DNA of 64,000 nucleotides from a virus. Lineage: Duplodnaviria > Caudoviricetes. The stretch is taken from positions 1,675 to 65,674 of the IMG/VR virus record IMGVR_UViG_3300023179_000106; one strand, written 5' to 3'. The notes below the pieces were generated by a model that was given only the letters and a program-made list of their open reading frames with translations, made no database searches and was not told the DNA's origin. The position numbers and the translations under genes were made by a program. Below are positions 1 through 11,300 of this stretch, piece by piece; the first letter of the stretch is position 1, and each line of letters begins with the position of its first letter.

Positions 1-1
1 G

Positions 2-1351
2 GTTACTCGCCCACATCGGCTTGGGGGTTATCACCTTGTCGCCGTCGACCACGTCGAACAGCTCGACCCACCTGTGTATCTGGTCCTTGGTCACCCCGAG
101 GTTTCTGCGGGACGAAAGCAGGCGCTGCAGGTCGTCCGCGTCGAACTCCTTGAGGCTTATGAGGAAGCAGACCATCTCGGCCTCGTGGTTCGACCACTTC
201 ATGCCCGAAAGAGTCCTTCTGACCTCGTCGGTCGGGTTGTCTTGGAGTATCCACGCGAGGGCAAGGAACCTGTCCTTCTTGTTTCGCATGCCCGGGGGCA
301 CGTCCGTCCTCAATGAAAGCCCCGGCAGGACGGTCTTCAGGAGGCCGAACTTGGCGTATGTCTTGATGTACTTGGTCGGGTCTATGTTCTTGTCCTCGAT
401 TCCCTTGACGAACTCCTCGCGGATCCTTTCCTGTGCAACTCCCTCCAGAGTGGCGAACTTGGGTATGGCCCTAGCCAGCTCTGCGTCGATCGACTTGTCG
501 CTTCCGTACTTCGAGTGGAACCTGACGGCCCTGAGTACGCGCAGGCGGTCCTCGTCGAATCTCTTCTCCGCGTTGCCCACGGCACGTATCCTGCCCTCGT
601 GGGCGTCGGCGTAGCCCTTCTTGGTGGGATCGTACAGCCTCTTGTTCTCGCCGTCGGCCTTGGACAGCTCTATGTACATGGCGTTGATCGTGAAGTCCCT
701 GCGCTCGGCGTCCTCGAGCGGGTTGTCGACGAAGTCAACCTCGGACTGCCCGTTGACCGTCTTGGCGTCCTTCCTGAAAGTGGCTATCTCGAACTCCTCG
801 CCGTTCACGACGGCTCCGATCACGAAGGGCTTGTTGTCTCGGCTGGCGTCCCTCCCCTTGAGGTACCAAAGCCTAGCGTCGCCCTCGTCCGCCACCTGCG
901 GCTTGAACGAGAGTCGCATCTCCTTGGCCATCTCTCCGTCCCTCGCGGTGTGCTTGCCACTCCTGTCGTAGTCGGGGACCATCTTGCCGTCTGGCCCCGG
1001 GGCGCCGGGGACTTTGAAGCCCGCGTTGTGGAGGATGTGGGCGATCTGCTCCGGCGTGGCGTTGGTGGCCATGTCGAAGTCCTTCGGCCTCTCGCCGCGG
1101 ACGATGTCGCGCACGGCCCCGCCCACGAGGTACAGGCTCTTCTTCGGCATGGTGACTTTCTTCGACAGGTCGTTGGTGAGCTCGATGCTCCCGCTGTCCA
1201 GGAACGCCTGGATCACCGGTCGCATGTTGGAATGGGGCTTGAACCCCGGCTCGAGGTTGACGAACTCCTGCTTCCAGTTGGTCTCCCTCTCCTTCTGCTG
1301 GGCCTCCTCGTGAATCTTCCTGCTCTCTATGAACTGCTTGAATGACTTCAT
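2..1351 (-). CDS. cca: Class II tRNA nucleotidyltransferase (CCA-adding enzyme / poly(A) polymerase family); 3' end runs off the window
   Basis: Not in the ORF track; translated by hand from ATG at 1351. Begins MKSFKQFIES and contains LYLVGGAVRD..PKDFDMATNATP (motif A), EIATFRKD, EDAERRDFTINAM (motif B) and RFDEDRLRVLRAVRF (EDxxR motif D). Confidence 0.9.
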   Translation of the reverse strand, partial: MKSFKQFIESRKIHEEAQQKERETNWKQEFVNLEPGFKPHSNMRPVIQAFLDSGSIELTNDLSKKVTMPKKSLYLVGGAVRDIVRGERPKDFDMATNATPEQIAHILHNAGFKVPGAPGPDGKMVPDYDRSGKHTARDGEMAKEMRLSFKPQVADEGDARLWYLKGRDASRDNKPFVIGAVVNGEEFEIATFRKDAKTVNGQSEVDFVDNPLEDAERRDFTINAMYIELSKADGENKRLYDPTKKGYADAHEGRIRAVGNAEKRFDEDRLRVLRAVRFHSKYGSDKSIDAELARAIPKFATLEGVAQERIREEFVKGIEDKNIDPTKYIKTYAKFGLLKTVLPGLSLRTDVPPGMRNKKDRFLALAWILQDNPTDEVRRTLSGMKWSNHEAEMVCFLISLKEFDADDLQRLLSSRRNLGVTKDQIHRWVELFDVVDGDKVITPKPMWASN

Positions 1352-1359
1352 GGTTTTCT

Positions 1360-1367
1360 TATTTATG
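1360..1367 (-). promoter_or_regulatory. Putative late promoter CATAAATA (T4 late TATAAATA-like)
   Basis: Lies 8 nt upstream of the cca ATG. The same octamer precedes the ORFs starting at 40552, 46678 and 56287. Confidence 0.55.
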
Positions 1368-2229
1368 TGGTCACAGGACCAGTTTGGGAAGTAGGTATTC
1401 CGGCGCCTACATTTTGCGAATAAGTTCCGGGAGCATTCTGTAGCGGGGGTTGCGTGGCATTCTTGTTCTTGTTCGTCCCGCCGCTCAATTGATCTGCTAT
1501 GTCGCCCCAGTCCTGACCGCCTATTTCGGCGTCTTTGTTCTTGGGGCTGACGGTGAACGAGCACATCATTATTATGTTCGACTGCTGGCCTTGGCGGGAT
1601 GTCGGGAACTCCTGCCTGTCTTTCAGAACTGGGTTTTCGACGTTCAGGAGATGGGAGTACTGGAGTGTCCTCGACATGAGCCCCACCTTCATGAGGGACT
1701 CCGTGAAGTTCACGGCCGACTGGTAAGCCGCCGCGTTGTGCTGGGGGCCGGTACTGGTGTCGTATGCGAAGAGCTTCGTCTTCATGTTGCTGCCGCCGGC
1801 CGCTATCGATGTGTTGTTGTTGTTGTCGACCCTCCATATGCCCGGGTCGTCCAGGGGCTTCTGGGATATACCCCGAGCCATGTTCATGGTGCTCCTGCCG
1901 GAGTACAAGACCTGCCCGGAGTTCTCGTCGTAGTTGGTCGGAAGCTGGAGGGGCATGTATATCGCCTTGAGCATCGACCGCCTGATGTCTTCGATGTTGT
2001 TGAACTGCGGGACTTGCCCCGGCTCCGCACCCTTCCTTGCCCTGATGCTGGCGTTTGCCGCGCCGATGCCTCCTATGAGGCTGGCCGTGGCCCTGTTGTT
2101 GAACGTGGCGTCCAACGGGAGCATGGCGCGGGGTCCGTACGTGGCGTCTGGGCCTCGCATAAGCCCCTGTGAAGGGGCGGCGGCCTGGGCGGCCTCCTCC
2201 ACAGAAATCAGCCATTCAGAGAAGTTCAT
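1363..2229 (-). CDS. Hypothetical protein, candidate internal head protein
   Basis: Likely start MNFSEWLISVEE (ATG 2229 overlaps the upstream stop). N/Q/G-rich low-complexity stretches. Confidence 0.65.
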   Translation of the reverse strand: MNFSEWLISVEEAAQAAAPSQGLMRGPDATYGPRAMLPLDATFNNRATASLIGGIGAANASIRARKGAEPGQVPQFNNIEDIRRSMLKAIYMPLQLPTNYDENSGQVLYSGRSTMNMARGISQKPLDDPGIWRVDNNNNTSIAAGGSNMKTKLFAYDTSTGPQHNAAAYQSAVNFTESLMKVGLMSRTLQYSHLLNVENPVLKDRQEFPTSRQGQQSNIIMMCSFTVSPKNKDAEIGGQDWGDIADQLSGGTNKNKNATQPPLQNAPGTYSQNVGAGIPTSQTGPVTT

Positions 2230-2525
2230 AGGGCCCCCGAACTGAAGCCGAGCTTGGCGAGGACGAACGAAGCGGTGACGACCCACATCAGCTGCACTAT
2301 GAAATTCAGGGCCATGTTCCACTTCTCCTTGTTTTCGTCGTGCTCCGACTCGAACGATTCCGCCTTGCCCTCCAGCCTCCAAATCTGCTGGCGAATGGGT
2401 TCGATGCCTTTGAACTCCAGGTCGTGAACCCTTGACTCCATGAACTTCATGGAATCCCTCATGTCTCGCACCGCCGACTCGACGGACCGGAGTCTCTCCT
2501 GCAAAACCTCTATGGATTCAGCCAC
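2226..2525 (-). CDS. Coiled-coil protein with a C-terminal transmembrane helix (XhlA/holin-like architecture)
   Basis: GTG start after GAGG; heptad-rich N-terminus; hydrophobic WNMALNFIVQLMWVVTASFVLAKLG. Confidence 0.6.
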   Translation of the reverse strand: MAESIEVLQERLRSVESAVRDMRDSMKFMESRVHDLEFKGIEPIRQQIWRLEGKAESFESEHDENKEKWNMALNFIVQLMWVVTASFVLAKLGFSSGAL

Positions 2526-2569
2526 GCGGCGGACCTCGACAATTGGGAACTCACACTCTATATAGCGCT

Positions 2570-3007
2570 ATGAGCGAAGAACTGACCCCCCAGGAAGCAG
2601 AGTTGGCAGTCCCTGCCGCAGGAGGGGTCAAGGACATGTCCATCGTCAGCGACGAGGCCCTTCTGGGGGTGTACGGCGAGATCATGGACAACCTTCGGAG
2701 CGACCGCGAGCAGGTTTCGGGCCTGCTCGACACCTTTTCCAACATGGTGCTCAACGACGGCGACTCCAGCACCGCCAGCAAGGAGGCCCTGGTGAACCTG
2801 CTCAAGACGAAGATCGAGGCGAGCGACAAGATGACCAGGATCGCCGACCTCATGACTCGCATAAAGCTCAAGCAGCCCGACACCTACCAGCCGTGGATGG
2901 GCAAGGGCAAGGAGAAGGGCGGAAACACGATAAACATATACGACTCTAGCGGGATAAACAGGAAGTCCCTCATAGAGCGGATACAGAAGGAGAAGGAAGA
3001 GAAATGA
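2570..3007 (+). CDS. Hypothetical protein
   Basis: ATG 2570 after TCTATATA; phage-typical codon usage; ATGA overlap with the next gene. Confidence 0.7.
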   Translation: MSEELTPQEAELAVPAAGGVKDMSIVSDEALLGVYGEIMDNLRSDREQVSGLLDTFSNMVLNDGDSSTASKEALVNLLKTKIEASDKMTRIADLMTRIKLKQPDTYQPWMGKGKEKGGNTINIYDSSGINRKSLIERIQKEKEEK

Positions 3008-4272
3008 GGCACAACCTTGAATTCTGGCTGGAGGAAGACCAGCAGATGCCGCAGATGCCACAGGACCCGCAGGTGACCAACCAGGCGGACGTGCAGGCCC
3101 AGGCTTCGGACGAAATGGGCCAGCCACCCGCCCCCGAAGAGGGCCAGGCTCCCCCGGCGGACGACGTGTCGGAGGACCCCGAGACGCCCGACATGCCAGA
3201 GGAAGGGGACGGGGACCAGGACTTCGAGGTCTGGAAGAGCAACTACTTCAAGGAGAGCATCAAGGGCGACGCCGCAGCGCTCCTCGAGATGCTCTCGCCC
3301 ATGAGGGAGAAGGAGGGCCTGGAGCCCTACCAGAGAAAGTTCGTCGACGACAACTGGAACGTTCAGCTTGTACGGCAAAACGCCAACGTGGCGGAGGCTT
3401 CGAAGCAGATAAGGAAGGCCATACGCGACCAGCTCGACAAGAACAACCCGGCGACGAGCGTGGTCAACCACATGTTCAACACGCTCCAGGGCATCCCTAC
3501 GCTGAACGAGACGTTCATCCGCATGATGGGATACACGGGGAACAAGGGCGAGCTCCACAGGAAGTTCGTCGCGGCGATCACGAGCTCCGTGCAGGTGAGC
3601 AGCAGCCCCGACAAGGAGAGCGTCATATTCAACGAGAAGGAGTATTCCATCAAGATCGCCACGAGGCTCAACAGCGACTGGGGCGAGGTTGCCCTCGGGA
3701 GCTGGTCGCTTCGGGAGGACGACCCCGAGCGCTACCTGTCCGAGCCCGAGATGAAGAGGCTGTCCGAGGGAAGCCCGCAGGAGCGGGACGTCTTGAGGAG
3801 GAGGGTCGTGGTGGAGTCGATATCCAAGCACTTCGACGAGCAGGCGTTCCTCATCACGGTCGTCTCGGACGACGGCACCATCTACCACCTCGGCTGGGAC
3901 ATGTCCAACGCGCTCAGGGGTGCGTACGCGGAGGGAAAGGTGGTTGTGAAGACCGTGAAGTCGGAGAACTCGGAGGCCATGATCAGCGACTCCGGAGAGA
4001 TACTGCCGATGGTCGACATGAAGATCTACTTCGTGAAGGACACCGACGAGCAGGACGAGAACGGCAACCCCAAGCCGGAGGAGATCGAGTTCATGGAGCG
4101 GAGGAACGGCATGCTGTTCCTCACGGCGAGCCTGCTCACCGTCAGGGAGGCCTCGTCGGCCATGCAGGGAACCGACTTCAAGGAGGTGCCGTACCAGGGC
4201 AACCCCAGCGACCTTAAGGCTCTAAAACGTTGCGTGTACAGCGCGCACGACATGCTAATGAGGCAGTGCTAA
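3004..4272 (+). CDS. Hypothetical protein with acidic Pro/Gln-rich N-terminus
   Basis: 422-aa ORF with strong GC3 bias, coupled to both neighbours. Confidence 0.8.
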   Translation: MRHNLEFWLEEDQQMPQMPQDPQVTNQADVQAQASDEMGQPPAPEEGQAPPADDVSEDPETPDMPEEGDGDQDFEVWKSNYFKESIKGDAAALLEMLSPMREKEGLEPYQRKFVDDNWNVQLVRQNANVAEASKQIRKAIRDQLDKNNPATSVVNHMFNTLQGIPTLNETFIRMMGYTGNKGELHRKFVAAITSSVQVSSSPDKESVIFNEKEYSIKIATRLNSDWGEVALGSWSLREDDPERYLSEPEMKRLSEGSPQERDVLRRRVVVESISKHFDEQAFLITVVSDDGTIYHLGWDMSNALRGAYAEGKVVVKTVKSENSEAMISDSGEILPMVDMKIYFVKDTDEQDENGNPKPEEIEFMERRNGMLFLTASLLTVREASSAMQGTDFKEVPYQGNPSDLKALKRCVYSAHDMLMRQC

Positions 4273-4273
4273 A

Positions 4274-4735
4274 ATGAAATTCTCCTCTTTCGTCGACAAG
4301 AAAACCAACAAGGCCCGCAAGGAACTCGCTCTGGTGCGGGGCGTACTCGAGGAGGGCGGCCTCAAGGTGGAGGACTTCACGAAGGAGAGGGATCCGTACC
4401 TGTACGTTCCGTCCACCAAGAAGGGCTTGGATTTCGGAGGAATTAGAATCTACAAGGTCGGATCATCGATAGCGTACAGGATACAGAACGAGGGCGACAC
4501 GGAGCCCTACGGGGCCTCGTACCCGCTGGACATCGAGGGCATGTTCGACGAGCTGATCAGCGAGATGGACGAGGACAAGGCGGCGGAGGAGATCAAGAAG
4601 GCCGTGTTGGAGGAGATAAACGGCTTCTTCGAGCGGAGCATGGAGGCCCAGGACGAGATCGGCGACAACATGTTCGACCCCCAGAGCAAGATAGTCGTCC
4701 CCGGCAGGGCGGGCGACCTCTCCAACATGATGTAA
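4274..4735 (+). CDS. Hypothetical protein
   Basis: 153-aa ORF immediately after the previous stop; starts MKFSSFVDKK. Confidence 0.75.
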   Translation: MKFSSFVDKKTNKARKELALVRGVLEEGGLKVEDFTKERDPYLYVPSTKKGLDFGGIRIYKVGSSIAYRIQNEGDTEPYGASYPLDIEGMFDELISEMDEDKAAEEIKKAVLEEINGFFERSMEAQDEIGDNMFDPQSKIVVPGRAGDLSNMM

Positions 4736-4802
4736 ACAGTCGAATTTTCTGCCAAAAACGGGCTATATACCCTGTTCCCGCCTTTCCCGAGAGCAGAATC
4801 CC

Positions 4803-5345
4803 ATGGCCCCTTTGCCACCAAGATCCACCGTTTTGCAGCAGTTCTTCAGGCCCGTGGGCCAGGACGTGGTCGCTAACCCTTCTCGCCGCATGGGCAAGAA
4901 CCTGGTGGCCAAGACGGGGAGCCTGGTCACCTTCAACTACGCGTTTTGGAAAAACGACCCGTACCCGCTGATCATCGTCATAGAGAACAACCTGGGCAAG
5001 GACAAACTCTCGGGCATCAACCTTCACTACCTGACCTTCAGAGACATCAAGAGTCTGATTTCGAAGGCCGGGAGCATGGGATTCTCCTACAAGTCGGTCT
5101 CCGACAGCCGTCCCTTCAGGGACTCCTACAGGTCGTACAAGCGTTCCGGCGTGCGCCAGCTCAAGGTGCTCGACCCCTCGTACCTGCTGGGCGTCATGGG
5201 CATGGTTCGCAGCTACGACCCCGCTGAGGTGCAGATCATAAGGAGGCAGGTGCAGGAGCAGCTGCGTACCCAGATCAACCCGAAAGCCTCGGAGGCGACT
5301 AATCTAGATCAGGCCGGCGCAGAACCGCCGGAAACCGGAGGCTGA
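4803..5345 (+). CDS. gp2: T4 gp2-like DNA end protector protein
   Basis: GSLVTFNY..DPYPLIIV..GINLHYL..YRSY matches the gp2 family pattern (FxY..D.FPL..GxNLHYL). Confidence 0.7.
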   Translation: MAPLPPRSTVLQQFFRPVGQDVVANPSRRMGKNLVAKTGSLVTFNYAFWKNDPYPLIIVIENNLGKDKLSGINLHYLTFRDIKSLISKAGSMGFSYKSVSDSRPFRDSYRSYKRSGVRQLKVLDPSYLLGVMGMVRSYDPAEVQIIRRQVQEQLRTQINPKASEATNLDQAGAEPPETGG

Positions 5346-8300
5346 TGGCAGAGGTACCTGACTATTTCGGACGGGTGGGGAACTTCAAGAACGCGGACTT
5401 CGACTCGCTCGCGGAGTCGCTGAAGTCGGCGGTAGGTAAGGCCGTGGAGTACGCGGCCGGTAAGGCGAAGTCCTCCGGCGACGAACTGAAGAAGGAGACC
5501 GACCGACTCGTCGACGCCATGGAGCAGCTCGGCGAGAAGATCAAGGAGAACCTGGAGGAGGTCAAGGACTTCGTGGACCAGGTCAAGAAGTCCTCGGAGG
5601 GCATCGAGAAGAAGAGGTCTTCCAAGGCCGCGGGCGGTGACGACCTGGCGGCCATGGCCCGGGAACAGACCCGAATCCTGCAGCAGATACTCAGGAGCCA
5701 GCAGAAGGCGGCGTCGGAGAAGGCTGCCAAGTTCACGAGCGGAGCCACCGCTCTTGCGGCCCCACGCGGCCGACGTGCGGGGCTCAAGGAAATGGGCTTC
5801 CGGCCGAAGGGGGCCGACAAGATACCCGCCATGCTAAGCCCCGGCGAGTTTGTGGTCAACAGGAAGGGAACGAGGGGCAACGAGTCGTTGCTAGACAGCA
5901 TAAACCGTGGCTATTTCAGGGGAGGCAAGGTCAAGCCGGCCTACCTTGCCGATGGAAACTTCTTGGATCGCATGTTCGGCGGCCGTGGAGCGAGGGCCCA
6001 AGCCTCCAAGATAAAACTGATCCTCGACGGCCCGTTCAACCAGAAGACGCACGACGAGGCGGTGGCGTGGTTCAATGGCCTGGGCCACGACGTCGAGGTC
6101 GAATTCTCCGACGAGTTCAACAAGAACCTAAAGAGTTCCGCCGCGAGGTGGATCACCAGCATAACCTCTGCCTTCGTGGGACACGATCCGTTCGCCGTGA
6201 TGTTCGAGGGCGGAGTGAAGGACATCACGGAGTTCCGCAGGGAGATGAGGAACCTCGCGTTCCAGGCGGAGGGCATAACGGGCGAGTTCCGCAAGTCGCA
6301 GGCGGAGTTCGCGAGGATAGGGACGGACATTGCGGGCAGGACGGGCGTTAGTGTGACGGCGTTCCAGAAGGCCTACCTCGCGAACGCACGAAAGGGCTTC
6401 AAGGACCAGAAGGCTTCGATGAAGGTTCTTGAGTCGGGGCTCAAGCTCTCCACGCTCATCGGTTCGGAGGCGCAGGCGACATCGACCTTGTTCGCGGACT
6501 GGCACAGGGACCTGGGTCTGGGTGCTGGCCAGATGGAACGCATGGCCAACAACATGCAGACGGTGGCGCGCAGGACGGGAATGACCGGCGACGAGCTCGT
6601 GGGCGTAATGAAGTCTTCGGAACAGATACTGAAGAACCTGCGTAGGCAGGGGACTCTCACGAACGAGGCCTCCAAAAACATCATCCAGAGCCTAGCGGAG
6701 TTCAAGAAGGAAGGCTTCGAAGACGTCGGCCAAAAGATGCTGGGGGCTATGTCTGGATACTCCGCATTCCAAGGCGCTGACGAAAAGACGAAGACTTTGC
6801 TAGGGGTTGCGGCCTCGCAAGGAGGCGTAGATTATCGAGACTTGATGTTCGGGCGAGTTCCCCAAAATGCAGAAAGCATGGGCAAGATGGCCGAGGGACT
6901 CAAGAAACAAATGGCCGACATGATCGGCGTGAGGGCGGAGGACTTTGATTTCGAAAAACTAACGGAAGCCCAAAGAGAGAAGCTCGCAATAGGATCCGAA
7001 GGAACCTTCGGAGTTCAGATATCGGAGGTGGAAGCGGCATACAAGTCCTTCTCCAAGACGGCCGCCGGCCTTGGCGGGTCTCTTGCCGAATTAGAGAAGG
7101 GACGATCCAACCAGTTCGCCACGCCCAAAGAGAGGCAGGAGAACGAAAAGAAGATCAACGATACGCTTCTGTCCGCGTCTATGGACTTGTTGGGTAGCGT
7201 CACCGCAAACACCAAGGATCAGAGCCTTGCTGACGCCGCCAAAGCCATAGCGGAAGGAAAGACGAAGGATGCGATCGACTTCAAGTCGGGCACAAAAGAC
7301 CTGTCAGCCATGGCTTCCTACATGTCTTCGGCGACAAAAGACCAATTCGGACTGTCTGGCACTCAAGAGGACATGGAAAAACAGATTCGGATGATGAGTG
7401 CCGAAAAGCAGATTCAGCTCAGGAGCATGACGGCAGCGGAGCAGCTGGACAAGACGATGCAGGCCCAGGGCAAGGGGTCGAAGAACTTCGCGGGTCAGAT
7501 GAAGGCGGCTCTCGCCAAGGGCGACACAACGAAGTTCAAGGCTCTCGCGGACGAGATGGGAGCGGCGTTCTCCGAGTCACAGGTCAAGGACGCAACTAGC
7601 GTCGACCCGATGGAAAGACTCAACCAGACTATTACGGAACTCAACGAAACATTCAGGGGCTTCATGTCCCCGCTTGTCGGCGGGTTCATAGACCTGATTG
7701 GTTCGATGGGACTCATGGCCGGCGTCGTGGGCTCGATGGGGGGAACCCTCTACAACATGATGCCGTGGGATGTCATCGGAAACATAGCGGACCCCGAAAA
7801 CGGAATAGGCAAGATACTGAAAGAGGGGATGGGGTCTGCCTTTTCTAGATTTGGCAAGTCTTTCAAAGCCGCAAAGTCGATGGGCTTCGGCACTGTGGAC
7901 GCCACTGGACTCGGCATAGCCAAGCAAATTCAAACCTCTCTCACGGCCATTTTTGGTGGCGGCCCATTCGCAAGCACCATGGCAACAGTGATGCGGGGAG
8001 CCATCGGCCCCGCTGTGCTATTGCTGGGCGCCATCAAGGGCGTGATGGAGTCATCGGAGGCAGGCCGCACCAAAACCGAGGGAGCAATTCTGGGGGCTTT
8101 CACTGGCGGAGCCAAGACAGGCAGTTTCCTCACTGGTCGGTATGGAAACGAGGCAACTGCCGGCGACAAGGCCTTGGGTGTTGCCGGAGCGGCCGCTTGG
8201 GGGGCAACTGCCGGGGCCGCGATAAGCGTGTCGCTTGGCGGAGCAGATTTAGGTCTTGCCATGGTTCTAGGGGCTTTATTTGCTGGATTCTGGGAGATAG

Positions 8301-11300
8301 TGAAGATCGTCACAGAAGGCACCGACATCCTCCAGGACATATTCAAGCCCGTGCAGGTCGTGGTCGACTATGTCTACGAGGTCTGCAAGGGAATTTACGA
8401 CATATTCGCCGGCCTCTTCACCTTGGATATCGGCAGGGTTTTTACGGGAATATTCAACATCATAGGCAGCACGATAATGGTGCTTCCGAGACTCATCCTC
8501 GGAGTGTTCCAATCGATCGTGATCGGGATTCCGAAGCTCATCCTGAGGGCCATCGGCATGATCTGGATGATACCGAAGGCGATAGGGGACTCGATCAAGT
8601 CCGCTCTCGCGGGCCTCGTCGACAACGCGTGGGTCGGCCCTATATTCAAGGTCTTGTCGGACGCGTTCAACGCGATATACGACGGGTTCATGGCGATATG
8701 GACGCCCATATCGGAGATATTCTCCGGCATCTACACGGTTTTCAACGACCTTGGCAAGGCCCTATTCGGGGCGGGCCAGGGAGGCGGAATACTGTCCGGA
8801 GTGATGTGGCTGCTGCAGAAGGCTGTCTACTCGCTCGCGTATGTGATCAGCTGGCTTCTCATGCCGATTAAGTTGTTGGCTTATGCCCTCGGCTTCGTGC
8901 TGAAGATCGTCGGCGCGCTGATCAAGGGCCTCATATATCCGTTCCAATATTTGTACGATGTGCTGGTGGGGCATTCCATCGTCCCCGACCTCGTCTTCGG
9001 CATCATCAAGTTCTTTGCCATGCTTCCGTTCAGGATATTCAAGGCGCTTTTGGCTCTTCCTCTGATCATAGGAAACATGTTCCTCAACGCGCTGCCGTCG
9101 GTCGGCAAACTCGTCTTCGGCATCATCAAGTTCTTTTCCATGCTTCCGTTCAGGATATTCAAGGCGCTTTTGACTCTTCCTTTGGTCATAGGAAACATGT
9201 TCCTCAACGCGCTGCCGTCGGTCGGCAAACTCGTCTTCGGCATCATCAAGTTCTTTGCCATGCTTCCGTTCAGGATATTCAAGGCGCTTTTGACTCTTCC
9301 TTTGGTCATAGGAAACATGTTCCTCAACGCGCTATCGTCGGTCGGCAAACTCGTCTACAGCGGCCTGAAGAGCATGTTCGACGTCAAGGCGTGGGGCAAG
9401 TGGCTCGGAGGCATCGGCACCTACGTTTACGACGGGTTCAAGTCGGCCCTGCAGGGGGTTTGGGACTGGATCCAGAGCTGGATACCGGGCCTGGGGGGGG
9501 CCAGCAAGGGATTCGGCGAGAGCTCAAAACAGCAAGAAGAAACGAGGCTCGCCGAGGGCGACAAGTTTTCTCACGCGATCGGCGGCCTAGCGGGAGCGGT
9601 CGGGAGCCTAGCGAAGGGCAACTTCGCCGAGGCTGGAGGAAAAGCTTGGTCTTCCACAAAGGAGGCCGCGGGTGCGACTTGGGAGGGCGTGAAGGCCGTC
9701 GGCTCCTACTTCAATCCCTTCAGTTACTTCAAGGAGGGCACCAAGAAGATAGAGAAGCCGGGGCTGGGAATGCTGCACGCGGGCGAGATGGTCGTGCCCG
9801 CGAACATGGTGGACAAGATAGCGGCCATGGGCAAGGGAGCGTTCGGATCGATCAAGTCGTTTGTGGGCGGCCGAGCCGAAGGCGACAAGGGGAGCCTGAT
9901 TTCGGGTTTGAAGGACAAGATCATGGGGCTGGGCGATGTATTTAAAGGCTGCTGCCCCGGCGAGGCGGTAGAGAATGCGAACGCGGCCGTCGAGGGCGTC
10001 CCAGAAGCGCTCGCGGAGGCCCTGAGCAAGGCGGACGACGGATCCTTCCTCGGCGGCATCAAGAAAAGGCTCTCCCAGGCGACGGGCTACACGAACAAGT
10101 TCTTCAAACCTCTGACCACGGGCTTCATTCGAGCGAGAAAGGGAGGGGAGGGATTCTTCGGCTCGATAAAGAGGGGCCTCAGCGCCCAATACATGAGCAT
10201 GACCAAGGGTGGCGAAGAGGGTCCGCTCGCGGCCGGCGTCAACTGGCTGAGCGACAGCATATTCGGAAAGAAGGAGGGCGAGCAAACCAAGAAGGGGATA
10301 CTGCAGAGGATTTCAGAGGGCTTGTTCGGGAGCAAGGGCGCGGAAGAAACAAAGAAAGGCATTTTCGGACTGATAAAAGAAGGTCTCTTCGGATCTGGGG
10401 ACGACGTCAAGAAGGGTCTGTTCGGGACGGTGAAAAGCGGCTTCAGCTGGATGAAGGAGAAGGTGTTTGGCCAGAAGATGGCCGAGGGCGAGATGGGCCC
10501 GCCTAGGCCCGGGGCGCTCGACAAAGTCAAGAACATGGGAAATTCGCTAGCTGAAAAGGCGATGGAAAAGCTGGGGATTGAGGCGGAGGATGGAATAGTG
10601 GGCGGGGCAAAGAAGGCAGCCAAGGGTCTCTACAGCAAGGGCAAGGAAAAGCTCTTCGGTCAGAAGGTGGCGGAGGGAGAGATGGGTCCACCCAAGCCGG
10701 GTCTTCTCGACAAGGCAAAAGGCAAGGCTATGGACATCTACGGAAAGGGCAAGGAAAAGCTCTTCGGTCAGAAGGTGGCGGAGGGAGAGATGGGCCCGCC
10801 CAAGCCGGGTCTTCTCGACAAGGCAAAAGGCAAGGCTATGGACATCTACGGAAAGGGCAAGGAAAAGCTCTTCGGTCAGAAGGTGGAGGAGGGAGAGATG
10901 GGCCCGCCCAAGCCGGGTCTTCTCGACAAGGCAAAAGGCAAGGCTATGGACATCTACGGAAAGGGCAAGGAAAAGCTCTTCGGCAAGGGCCCCACCGAAG
11001 CGGTGGAGTCCGCGGCCAAGGCGGACAGCAAGGCCTCTGGAAACATGGAGAGTTTCAAGGAAAAAATGAAAAACATAGCAGAGGGGGTGAAGCAGTTCTC
11101 TGGAGTACAAGTGTTGACCGGGGCTCTGAATCTAATACCCGCCTCCATCGGCTTGGCCGCCATGATTCCTGGCTCCTACGGTGCGAAGATGCTTGAGAAG
11201 TTGGACGGCGAGCGCCTCAAGACTTCGTTGGCGGGTCTCGCGGACGGCGTATCCTCGTTGGGCAAGGCCAAGGTACTTCTCGGCGCGGCCGCGATGCTTG

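Noticed and set aside
8990-10985. Near-identical repeats as a DGR template/variable pair
   Set aside because: They are tandem and in-frame, differences are not adenine-specific, and there is no reverse transcriptase in the window.
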